DNA of 64,000 bases, taken from assembly GCF_009914755.1 (NCBI RefSeq), contig NC_060936.1; one strand, 5' to 3'. This DNA is from the human T2T-CHM13v2.0 reference genome, Homo sapiens. The position numbers and the translations under genes are program-made. This document shows, piece by piece, positions 44,062 to 56,179 of this stretch (positions are counted from its first letter, which is position 1; every line of letters starts with the position of its first letter). The notes beneath the pieces were generated by a model. The model did not search any database and was not told the origin of the DNA. It saw only the letters and a list, made by a program, of their open reading frames with translations.

Positions 44062-46484
44062 TGATATTTTTTGGCTGTGTCCCCACCCAAATCTCATCTT
44101 GAATTGTAACTCCCTCAATTTCCATGTGTTGTGGGAGGAACCCAGTGGGAGGTAATTGAATCATGGGGACGGGTCTTTCCTGTGCTGTTCTCATGATAGT
44201 GAATAAGTCTCATAAGATGTGACAGTTTTAAAAATGGGAGTTTCCCTGCACAGGTTCTCCCTCTTGCCACTGCCATGTAAGAAGTGGCTTTTGCCTTCCT
44301 CCATGATGGTGAGACCTCCCCAGCCACATGGAACTGAAAGTCCATTAAACTTCTTTCATTTTTAAACTGCCCAGTCTCAGGTATGTCTTTATCAGTAGTG
44401 TGAAAACAGACTAATACAGTAAATTGATATGAGTAGAGTGGGGCGCTGCTGAAAAGATACCCAAAAATGTGGAAGCGACTATGGAACTGGGTAACAGGCA
44501 GAGGTTGGAACAGTTTGGAGAGCTCAGAAGAAGACAGAAAAACGTGGAAAAGTTTGGAACTCCTAGAGATTTGTTGAATGTCTTTGACCAAAATGCTGAT
44601 AATAATATGGACAATGAAATCCAGGCTGAGGTGGTCTCAGATAGAGATGAGAAACTTGTTGGGAACTGAAGCAAAGGTAACTCTTTTTATGTTTTAGCAA
44701 AGAGATTGACAGCAATTTTCCCCTGTACTAGAGATTTGTGGAACTTGAGAGAGATGATTTCCAGTATTAGGCGGAAAAATTTCTAAGCAGCAAAGCATTG
44801 GGAACTGGAGTAAAGGTGACACTTGTTATGTTTAGCAAAGAGACTGATGGCAATTTTGCCCTGCTCTAAAGATTTGTGAAACTTTGAACTTGAGAGAGAT
44901 GATTTAGGGTATCTAGCAGAAGAAATTTCTAAGCAGCAAAGCATTCAAGAGGTGACTTGGATGCTGTTAAAGGCATTCAGTTTTATATGGGAAGCAGGGC
45001 ATAAAAGTTCAGAAAATTTGCAGCCTGAAAAGGTGAAATAAAAGAAAATTCTATTTTCTGATGAGAAATTCAAGCAGGTTGCATAAATTTGCATAAGTAA
45101 TAAGCCAAATGTGAATTCCCAAGACAATGGGGAATGTATCTCCAGGGCGTGTCAGAGACCTTCATGGCAGCCCCCAATCACAGCCCTGAAGGCCTAGGAG
45201 GAAAATATGGTTTTGTGGGCAGAGCCCAGGGTGCCCATACTGTGTGCAATCTAGGGACTTGGTGCCCTGCAACCCAGCCACTCCAGCTGTGACTAAAAAG
45301 GGCCAAGGTACAGTTCAGGCCTTGGCTTCAGAGGGTGTAAGCCCCAAGCCTTGGCAGCTCCACTTGGTATTGAGCCTGTGGGTGCACAGAAGTTAAGAAC
45401 TGAGGTTTGGGAGCCTCTGCTTAGATTTCAGAGGATGTATGAAAATGCCTGGATGTCCAGGCAGAAGTTTGCTATAGGGTGGAGCCCTGTTGAAGAACAT
45501 CTGCTAGGGCAGTGAGGAAGGGAAATGTGGGGTTGGAGCTCCCCCACAGGGTCCCTACTGGGACACCATCTAGTGATGCTGTTAAAAAAGGGCCACCATC
45601 CTCCAGACCCCAGAATGGTAGATCCACCAACAGACAGCTTACACTGTACATCTGGAAAAGCTGCAGACACTCAACACCAGTCCTGAAAGCTGCCAGGAGA
45701 GGGGCTATTCCCTGTAAAACCACAGGGGAGGAGCTTCCTAAGAATGTGGGGACCCACCTCTTGATCAGCATGACCTGGATGTGATACATGGAGTCAAAGG
45801 AGATTATTTTGGAGCTTTAAGATTTGACTGCCCCACTGGATTTAGGACTTGCATGGTACCTGTAGTCCCTTTGTTTTGGCCAATTCCTCCCATTTGGAAT
45901 GGCTGTATTAACCCAAGGCCTGTACCCCCATTGTATCTAGGAAGTAACTAACTTGCTTGTGATTTTACAGGCTCTTAGGCAGAAGGGACTTGCCTTGCCT
46001 CAGATGGGGGTTTGGCTGTGGACTTTAGAGTTAATGCTAAAATGAGTTAAGACTTTGTGGGACTGTTGGGAAGGCATGATTTGTTTCGAAATGTGAGGAC
46101 ATGAGATTTGAAAGGGTCCAGGATGGAATGATATGTTTTGGCTGTGTCCCCACTCAAATCTTACCTTGAATTGTAACTCCCACAATTCTCATGTGTAATG
46201 GGAAGAACCCAGTGGGAGGTAATTGAATCATGGACTGGGTCTTTATCGTGCTGTTCTCTTGATAGTGAATAAGTCTCATGAGATCTGATGGTTTTAAAAA
46301 TGGGAGTTTCCCTGCACAAGTTCTCTTTCTTGCTGCCACCATGGAAGAAGTGCCTTTAGCCTTCCTCTATGATGGTGAGGCCTCCCCATCCAGGTTAAAC
46401 GGTAAGTCCATTAAAACTCTTTCTTTTGTAAATTGCCCAGTCTTAGATATGTCTTTATCAGCAATGTGAAAATGGACTAATACA
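44062..46484 (+). mobile_element. Two-LTR THE1 (THE1A-like) MaLR element: LTR 44062-44418, internal 44419-46128, LTR 46129-46484
   Basis: Two direct LTRs (tgata...ggctgtgtccccac...gactaataca). Internal region starts gtaaattg. Purine-rich tract before the 3' LTR. TSD atcac/atgac. Confidence 0.96.
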
Positions 46485-47843
46485 ATGACCAACTTGGCTT
46501 TATTCCAGGATGCAAGACTAGTTCAATATTCAAAAATCAATCAATGAAATTCACCATATAATCAGTTTGAAAAAGAAAGATCACAGGATCATACAAATGA
46601 AAGCCAAAAAAAATTTTAAAAAAATCAATTAAGGAGAAAATAAAATAAATTATAGCAAACTAGGAATAGAGGAGAACTTCCTCTACTTTATAAAAAGTAT
46701 CTACAAAAATACTTCAGCTAACATTATGCTTAATGGTAAAAGCCTGAATGCTCTTCCTCTAAGATTGGGAACAAAGAAAGGATGTCTGCTTTCACCATTG
46801 TTATTTTAACATAATGCTGAAAGTTTTAGCCTGTGCTGCAAGACAAGAAAAAGAATTAAAGGGTTTACAGATTAGAAAGGCAGAAATAAAACTGTGTCTA
46901 TTTTCGGGTGACATAATTGTATGTAGACAATTTAAAACAATCTACCAGTAAAACTTCTAGAACTAATAAGTAAGCTCAGCCAAGGTCAGAGGAAATAAGA
47001 AGGATAAATTTAATAATATTTTTATATCCTACCAATAAACACAAAAACATTAAAAATTCAGTGCCATTAAAATCACTCAAGAAATGAAACAGGTGTAAAG
47101 ATAATAAAATATACAGGACATGTATTCTGAAAACTACATAATTATAATGAAGAAATCAAAGACCTATATACTTTGAGTGACATATCATTTACATGAATAA
47201 GAATATTCAATATTAGTAAATATGTCAGTTATCCTCAAATTGATATAAAGGTTTAATTCAAATTTTGCCAAAATTGCAGCAAGAATTTTTTTGTCAAGAT
47301 AGACAAGATTATTCTAAAATTTATATGGAAAGTCAAAAGGACTAGAACAGCTAAAACAATTTTGAAAAGGAAGAATATATTGGGAGAAATTAGTCTACAC
47401 TATTTTTAAACACACATCTATAGTACTCAAGACTGTGTGGTATTGGCAGAAGTACATGCACATAAATAACAGGACAGAATAATGAAACCAGAAATAGACT
47501 CACACAGATATGTCCAACTGACTTTTGACAAAAGTTCAAAACAATTGAATGAAGAAATATAATTGTTCAATGAATGATGCTGGAGTTAGTGGACATCCAT
47601 TGGGAAAAGTAAAAAGGTTCCTTGACCTAAACTTTATGTTTTATGAAAAATTTAACTAAAAATAGATCAGAGGCTAAGCCATAAATTATAAAATGATAAC
47701 GCTTTTAGAAATAAACACAGGAAAAATATTTCAGGATATAGTGCTAGACAAATAATTTTTAGAATTGACAACAAAATTATGACTTATAAAAAGGAAAATG
47801 ATTAATTAAATAATTAAGTTAGACTTTATCAAAATTAAAACTT

Positions 47844-49600
47844 CTGTGGTCCCATACAAATTTTAGGATTGCTTTTTCTGTTTCTGTAAAAATGTCATTG
47901 GAATTTTGATAGGAATTTCATTGAATCTATAGATTTTTTTGGGTTGTATTGACATTTTCATAATATTAATTCTTCCAATCCATGGACATGATATCTTTCA
48001 ACTTATTTCTGTGTAATTTTTTTCATCAATGTTTTATAGTTTTCAACATACATATTTTTTACTTAAATTTATTATTATTTTCTTTTTTCTTTTTTTTTAC
48101 ATATTGTTAATGGAATTATTTTCTTAATTTTTTTGAATAGCTAATTATTATTGTATAGAACACCGCTCATTTATGCATGTTGATTTTGTATTCTGCAACT
48201 TTACTAGATTAATTTATTAGGTCTAAAAATTTTTTTGATAAAGTCTTTAACATTTTCTACCTATAAAAATCATGCCATCTGCAAACAGAGACAACTTAAC
48301 TTCTTCTTTTCCAATCTGGATGCCTTTATATATTTCTCTTGCCTAAGAACCCCAATAGCCAAAGCAAACTTGAGCAAAATGAACAAAGCTGGAGCCATTT
48401 ACACTACGTGATTTAAAAATACAAAGCTATAGCATTTACAAAGAATAATACTGTCATGAAACAGACATCAGAAAATGGAACAGAATAAAGATCACAGAAA
48501 TGAAGCTATGCATTTATGGTCAATTGATTGTCAACAAAGGTGCCAAGAACACACACAGGGGAATGAAAAATATCGTTAATAAATGGTTTTGGAAAAACCA
48601 AAGTAAAATAATTAAAGTGGATCTCTATCTCACACCATCGACAAAAATAACTCAAAATAGATAAAAGGCTAAATGTAAGACCCAAATCTATAAAACTACT
48701 AGAAGAAAACATAACAGAAATGCCAATTAAAATCAAAATGAGGTATCACCTCACCTGTTAGAATGGTTATAATCAAAAGGATGAAAGATATCAAGCGTTG
48801 GGCAGAATGTGAAAGAAAGGGAACCCTTGTACATTGTTGGTGAGAATCTAAGTTAGTACAGTAATTATGAAAAACAATATGAAGTTTCCTCAAAAAATTA
48901 AAAACAGAACTACCATATGATTCAAGATTTAATAATCCTACTACTGAGGAAATATCCAAAGCAAATGAAATAAATATTTTGAAGTGATAGCCGTACTCCC
49001 ATGTTTATTGCATCATTATTACCAATGGCCAAGATATAAAATCATTTTAAGTATCCATCAAAGGATGAGTGGATAAATAAAATGTGGTATATATACACAA
49101 TGTAATACTATTCATCCTTTAAAAGAAGGAAATCCTGTCATTTCAAACAATGTGGAAGAACCTGGAGGACATACATTAAGTGAAAAAAGCCAGGCACAGA
49201 AAACCACATACTGCATGGACTCCATTATGTGTTGAACCTAATAAAGTTGAACTCATAGAAGCAAAGAATGTAAAGGTGATTACCAGAAGCTGGGGGTTGG
49301 AGAGATCGGGCGGATGTCTGTGAAAAGATATAAAATGTCAGGTAAATAGGAAGAATAAATTAAATTGATCTATTATACATCATGGTGACTATAGTTAATA
49401 GTATATTGTATATTTGAAAGTCACTGAGAGTTGACTTTAAGTTTTCTAACCCCACACCAAAAAAGGATAAATGTGCAAGGTAATCCATACGTTAATTAGC
49501 TTGATTTAACTATTCCACAAAGTATACATACATCAGAACATCTGTAGTGTACCTTAAATATATAAAGTTTTGTCAATTAAAAATACGTAAATTCATAAGT
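47844..49600 (+). mobile_element. L1MA insertion with a 5' inversion (47844-48343 antisense, 48344-49600 sense)
   Basis: Antisense ORF2 block followed by sense ORF2 and an L1MA 3' end (ggtgactatagttaatagtatattgta...tgtcaattaaaaat). aaaattaaaa occurs on both flanks (47831-47840, 49601-49610). Confidence 0.85.
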
Positions 49601-49916
49601 AAAATTAAAATACCCTACAGAGAGGATACAATTGCAAGCTACAGACTGGGAGAAAATAGTTGCAAAGCACATATGTGACAAAAGACTAATATTTTTATGT
49701 GAGGAGCTCTCAAAACTAAATGATAACCAAAAAGTCTAAGAAGAAAATGGGCAAAAACCTGAAGAACCATTTCATTGTAAAGAATGTAAGAATAAAAAAT
49801 GAGCACATGAAACTATATACAACATTATAGCTATGAGGTAATTGCAGATTTAAACCCCAGTGAAATATCACTACACATCTATTAGAATGACAAAGATAAA
49901 AAATAGTGATACTACC

Positions 49917-50325
49917 TGTTCCAGGGAAGGACCATATATACAAAGCAAACCACAGAGCAGAAGGCACTGAGAAGCCAAAGTGTGAAGCAAACAAATCTAG
50001 TTTGCTAGTAAAGGATGTTTAATTGGGGTTTACAGAGAGAAGTGTGGTCTTGGTTTAATTGGTGGAATTTACACAGAGAAGTGTGGCCACTCGGGACTGA
50101 TATACCATGGGGAAAGGTTGTACATGCTCTATAGAAACAATTAAAAGCAGTTCTCCAAAAAAAAATGCTAGATGTGTTATAGCCCTTATGTGTGATAAAA
50201 TCAAGATTGAACGTGTTCTTACACTAAGAATAAAGTAGGAATCAGGAGGCATTCAAGGAACTGGGGCTAACAATAAGTAAACATGACGGATTAACATCCA
50301 AGATGGAGTCACTTTTGTCTTCACG
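49917..50325 (-). mobile_element. LTR47-type LTR (3' LTR of the adjacent ERV-L fragment)
   Basis: Minus strand starts gtgaagacaaaagtgactccatcttggatgttaatccgtcatgtttact and ends ccctggaaca. A purine tract tagagaggtagagc lies just upstream. Confidence 0.8.
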
Positions 50326-52560
50326 CTCTACCTCTCTAATCCTGGTCTTACAATCTCATGTACTCACCTCTTCTGGGATAGTCCCTGAGTCTCCGTGGGG
50401 TGGGGGTGGGGGATGCTGCAGTTATTTTGATGGTGTGGGTGACGCTTTGCATCAATTCATTTTCTACTTGTGATGTACTTTAACATCACGTCCTCAGGAT
50501 CTAAACCTACAGACATAAACAGAGAAGCAAGAGGAACAGAAGGCAATAGGCAGAAATAGAAGTGTTTAGGCAAGGCACTTCTTCCCGATCAAGCAGCATG
50601 ACAGTGGTATCTTCATCTCTGTTGGTGAGGACATAGGATTATGGGCTAGGGTTGCATATCAAACATGTTACTCAAGGGGCTAGGGTGCTGGTAATATCTG
50701 TAAGATTACATGGGCAGCAAAGGACCATGTCAAGTGGCCAACCAGAGTGCCCTTAAAAGGGGGCTGTATTCCAGTGTATTGGTATGTGGAGCATTTTGGC
50801 TCAGACTCAAACAGGACCAATGGATGCCACTTTAGTTGGCCATGGAATTCCTTGATCTCTGGCAAGAAATACTCTGTCCAACTTGGGGGAAGTTGGCAGT
50901 TCCACACCCATGCAAGTATCCCCTCCCCTGGCTCAAGGACTTGGGGAGTCCCAAATAACATTTACCATTGTTCTTTTATCAGCTCCAGTAGGAATGTATC
51001 TGTTAAGATCTTCTTTACAACTATGGATAATAGTCCTTCCTCTGTGGTGGTCCTGAGTCCTTAATATGGTGCCAACCCCATATTAGTCTCAACTGAATTA
51101 GAGTTCTTAATGGCTTGAGGCATAAACTTCACCAATTTATGAAAGATATAGGATTGTGAAAGTGCTAGCAGTTTTGTATTCAAAATGACATTTTTCCTTT
51201 CAATCAACTCTTCCAGTTGGGGATTATATGGCAAATGAAATCTCCAGTCTATAACATTTTCATATGTCTAATCTTGGACATCCTGTCCAGTGAAATGTGT
51301 GCCTGGGTTGCTATCAATGCATCAAGAACATCCATACATGACACTTAATTCCTCCAAGCTCTAACGGTGGCTGTTTGTTGTTTGGCAAAGAAAGGCCTGC
51401 AACAATCCTGTGGAAGTATCTACACATATTAACGCACACTTCTCTACCAAGCCTACTAAGAGGGATTGAAAAGAGTCTATCTGCCAGTCTCTTATAGGGA
51501 CAACTGTTTTATGTATGTGTCTTGTATAGGTAGAATGTAGCAGGGGCACAAACGAGAACGAACTAAGCACTTTGCTACAGCTGCCACAAAATCTGCATAG
51601 CAGAGGTACAATCCTGCTGGCTTTGTTATTTGCTAGTCCACTTCTGCACTGCAATGTCTACTATGTTTATGTTCCCAATAAGCTACCTGCAAGGATTAAG
51701 AGATAGCCAGTGTTACCGTTTTTGCTGGAGTGTCAGCCTCCATGTTACCAGAACGTGAACCTGACTGGTCTGCTGAAGTATGATACACAGCTAGGCTTGC
51801 AGTGGGTTCTTGTAGCCCTTCTCAAATGTCTTTTCATGTAGCAGCTCTTCATAAGGGTTTTTAAAGCACATACAAATCATCTCTGGCTCACTGAGCAAGA
51901 CAAGTTGCAAGATGCTTAAATACTGCTCAACTATTTGTACAGAGAACTGTAGGCCATAGCTCATAGGTACAAACTAACCATGCAGCTCAGAGTTCTACCC
52001 ATTAAGTGCTTTGTTGCATTCCCATCTCAAACCAGATATTATCTGTCTGCCATTGTATAGCTGCTGTTGTTCATACATGAGAGTTATCTCGGCTCGCCCC
52101 ATCTGCGTACCAGGTGTTTTCAGAAAGTGTGGCCGTGCCTTCATGTATCACTGGAGGGATCTCCAGTGGGGACTCAACAATAGGAGCAGCCTTGTGTTTT
52201 TTGTCGGTCGGTGGCTTATCTTTTGAAATGCAGAAGGGTGCACAATGCATCAAGTTGTTGCTGTAGCAATGACAAATCTTCAGAGGTTAGCATAGTATCA
52301 TCAGTATAATGCCTCTAAGTTGGGGTGTAAAGGGATGCTGTAAAAGGTGTCAGCCAAATTTAATACAGCATAAGTGCCAGTATTTTGTATCATTTATTCT
52401 ATCACTAGAGATACATTAGGCAGAGCAGTGTGTATCTTGGAAACTACTTTATTTAGTTCTGAGTAGTCTACTGTCATATGCCAGGTGGCATCAGGTTTTC
52501 TTACTGGCCATACAGATCTATTAAAGGAGCTCTGGGCAGGACAAGTAATATTAACTTTAG
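50326..52560 (-). mobile_element. ERV-L (class III) internal pol remnant: RT, RNase H, integrase, post-integrase domain
   Basis: RT: SFNRSVWPVRKPDATWHMTVDY (~52465-52530), LADTFYSIPL (~52330-52357), HYTDD (52297-52311). RNase H: WYADG (52098-52112). Integrase: DWQID (51475-51489), IDSNPGTHFT (~51290-51318), HLPYNPQLEELIERKN (~51191-51238). Stops and frameshifts are present. Confidence 0.9.
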
Positions 52561-53379
52561 CCAGTTCCTGTATGGTGGGGAGGGTGCAAAGAAACTGGAT
52601 TACTCATATATTGCTGACTGGAATGTAAAATGGTACAGCCACACTGAAAAGAGTTTGACTGTTTCCTACTAAACTAAACAAACAACTACTACACAACCCA
52701 GAAATTACATTTCTAGACATTTATCCTGGAGAATTAAAGACTTATGTTTCCATAAAACCCTATATATAAAATGTTATAGTATCTTTATTTATAATAACCA
52801 AAAACTGAAAACAACTCAAATGTCCTTCAACAGATGAATAGTTACTGTGGTACATCTATACCACAGAATAGTACTCACTAAAAAGGAACAAATCATTAAT
52901 ACATGCAACAACCTGGATGAGTTTCCAGAGGATGTTTCTAAGTGGAAAAAAATAAAAAGCTCCAAAGTCACATACTGTTTGATTCCATTTATATTATATT
53001 AAATAAATTCCATTTATATTATCTTAAAATGATAGAAATTGAAAATGAGGAATAGTTGTCAGAGGTGAAAAAAGAGGGTGTGGCTTTGAGGGAATTGGGG
53101 GTGGCTATTAAGTGGCAACATGAAGGATCATTATGCTTATGGGAATGTTCTTGTATCTTGACTGTATCAATGTCAATATACTGGTTATGATATTATATTA
53201 TAGCTTTACAAGATGTTACCATGGGAGAAATTGGAAAAAAGTACATAGGGTTTCTCCATATTTTTTATTGTAAATGCTCATGAATTGATAATTATTTCCA
53301 TTAAAAATTACTTTAAAATATCACCATGGATTGACAGATAATAATATCAACATGTTTGTTGCATGTGGAAGCTCTCTGT

Positions 53380-53434
53380 TCACACATATATATGTGTACA
53401 TATATATATGTATATATGTATATATATGTATATA

Positions 53435-53473
<39 letters not shown>
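53380..53473. repeat. (TA/TG)n-(CA)n compound microsatellite
   Basis: Read directly from the sequence. Confidence 0.95.
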
Positions 53474-53476
<3 letters not shown>

Positions 53477-54369
53477 AAGGATGGATCTGCAAGATATTTA
53501 TGAATACCTGTGAACAGTTTTGATTTATTGGATTGCGGATGTTCTATAATAAAATTTTAAATACATTGAATACATTTGAATGGAAAATTAAATTTATGCT
53601 AAAATGGCCACATTTTATAAGATGTCATAAAAATCCAATTTCGTTTTGTTTTACTTTAGCTAATCAGTTACTTTTAAGTAAGAAAAAATGAAAAATCTAA
53701 AAGAATGCTATGTGGTTACAAGGCATGGCATTTAGTGCAATTTGTGTCAAAAAGTGTAAGTGGAAGTCAAAAACTTCAAATTTAAATAATGAAACACAAA
53801 ATGCATGTTCTAGGTTGTCAACTGACAACTTTTCAGGTAGTTGACATGTGCACTGTAGGTGTAAAATCATATTTTATTTTTAGACCATTGCAGGCTGCTT
53901 ACTGATTAGAAGTTGAGAATCATTTATCTTTTATTACTTTAAACAACTTTCTATTTGTGGGCCAGGCCAAAGTAACCTAGATAAAAGAAGGCTCAAGCTA
54001 ATAGTTAGAAAAAACGTAAGAAAAGAAAGAAAAACTTTCTCATGCTGTATAAAGACCTTCACTCTAATGGATATCTACTAGGTATTAAAAATGTATAGTA
54101 CTTATATTGGATAGATATCGGATCAGTACCTTTTATTATTATCATTATTTTAAGATGTAAGGGTTTTGTGATGCTAGATAGGCAATATTAAATGGGAATT
54201 GTCCTGGAACACTATCAACAAAGTGAAGAAGCAAGAGGAAAAGGTAATTTTCTGGCTTCTGATTTTTGTTTCCCAGAGGTTGCCCTAGTAGATAGCTTTG
54301 TTTGGCGTAAGTTGATTTAAAAAAAAATCAGCAAAAACACTTATCTTCTTATGTTCTTCTTTGGCCCAA

Positions 54370-54374
54370 ACACA

Positions 54375-54412
<38 letters not shown>
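54370..54412. repeat. (CA)n microsatellite
   Basis: Read directly from the sequence. Confidence 0.95.
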
Positions 54413-54416
<4 letters not shown>

Positions 54417-55503
54417 ATGCACATTTTTAAGGGTATCTTTAACTTTCGCATTGGTAAACTCAGTAAATAATGGTATATATGAATGTATTTAAATGAATTG
54501 TATATTAAATAATATATGATGCAATGTAAAATGCAAAAACACATTTTTGATAACTGAAGAAAATATTTCTTTGCAAATGATTATGTTGAAACCTCTAGAT
54601 TCTGTTAAAAACTTTAACAATACTATGAAATTACATAGGACTTTTTTTTAATGGACCAAAATTGCAGGATATTTAAGTGGGGTTTGAGAGCTGTAGAAGA
54701 AATCCCACTCAAAAAACATCCCAAGATTTATGAAATGTAAATATGTAGTTGATCCTAGCTAAGTAGTGAGTGATTATTTAGAAAAAAAAAGATACATTAG
54801 AAAAACATGAAAGTGATCAGCTATATCAAATTCTCAGTGAATTTTGATTAAATTTTTTTTAAAAAAGAACTTGAAAAGAAAAAGCAAAGTGAAGAATCAA
54901 AAAGAGAAAAAAGTTTTGCTCCATCTAAGGAACCACTATATGAATTTTATAGCAGCTCTTAATAGAATACTAAAGGATTTCTATTTGGAAGTTCACAAAC
55001 ATTCCACATGAATCCCCCAGTGACTGAATTTATAGTTCTCTGGTTTTTGAATTTGGCTTGAATTGTGCTTTCTGCTAGCTAGGTTAGTGCTGCATTAAAT
55101 TCTAGCTTAAAAAATCTTTTCTATTACACATTGTTCATATAAAATACATATTTTATTTTTAAATGTTACTATATGTTTTCAGATAAAATATTTATAATGC
55201 ATTTGAGAATTGTTGCCATTTTAATTCAAAATGCTTTCAAGTATTGAATGTACATAAATGAAATTATTTTTGTGACTTCTGTCAATAAGTCTGCCATTTG
55301 TGTCTGGGGATAGAATTTATTTCCAAATGATAGTTTTTTGTTGCTGTTGTGGCTGTTGCTTCATAGTCATTATTGTTGTTTTGCAACTCATTCCCCCACC
55401 ATTTTTATTTTTTTGTTGTCACAGATGGATATTTCTATATACTGTATGCCTTGCTAAATTCACTACTGAGTGCCACATAGATTAGGTCACCAGGATTGGA
55501 CAT

Positions 55504-55858
55504 TGTTTTAGTCCATTCAGGCTGCCATAACAAAATACCATAGACTGGTGGCTTATGAACAACAAAAATGTATCTATCACAGCTCTGGAGACTGGGAAGT
55601 CCAAGACAAAGGTACCAACAGATTAGATGTCTGCTAAAGACTTATTTCCTCATAGACAGCTGGCCTCATCATAACCTCACAGGGAGAATGGGCGAGGGAG
55701 CTTTCTCTGACTGCTTTTATAGGAGCACTAATCCCATTCACAAGGACTCTTCCCTAGACCTAATCATGTCCCAAATGCCCCACTTCCTAATATATCAATT
55801 TAAGGATTAGCATTTCAGCATATGAATCTTATGGGGACACAAACATTCGTATCACAGC
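55504..55858 (-). mobile_element. MLT1A-type solo LTR
   Basis: tgttttagtccattcaggctgccataacaaaataccatagactgg...gcactaatcccattca...ggggacacaaacattc. Confidence 0.9.
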
Positions 55859-56179
55859 CTTATCCCAAAGAAAATTATCAAAGTCAAGCTCCTTATATAT
55901 TAAAAGGAAAAAAATCTGGACTATTCCTTAAAAGAAGAATGAACTGTTACCTGATTTACGTCCTGGCTAGTAATGAAAATCAAATCTATAATTATTTTGG
56001 AAATGTTTTACCTGTATTCACTTCATAAATTTACACTTCCTATCTCTTTTTACCCATGTTTTATACTAATGTCTTCTGAAATAAAACAATATTACATCAA
56101 TAAGCAGAAAGCCATTTATGAGGTCTAGAGTTTTCACTGCATAAATATTGTTCATTGATTTTCTTTATCAAAAAAGTAT

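Larger units (their letters stand above)
43000..53310 (+). mobile_element. Long fragmented old L1 (L1MD-like 3' end) hosting four younger insertions
   Basis: 5'-like part at ~43000-44060; ORF2 pieces at 46490-47840, 49611-49916 and from 52570. 3' end gactgtatcaatgtcaatatactggttatgatatt...caagatgttaccatgggag. Confidence 0.7.
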
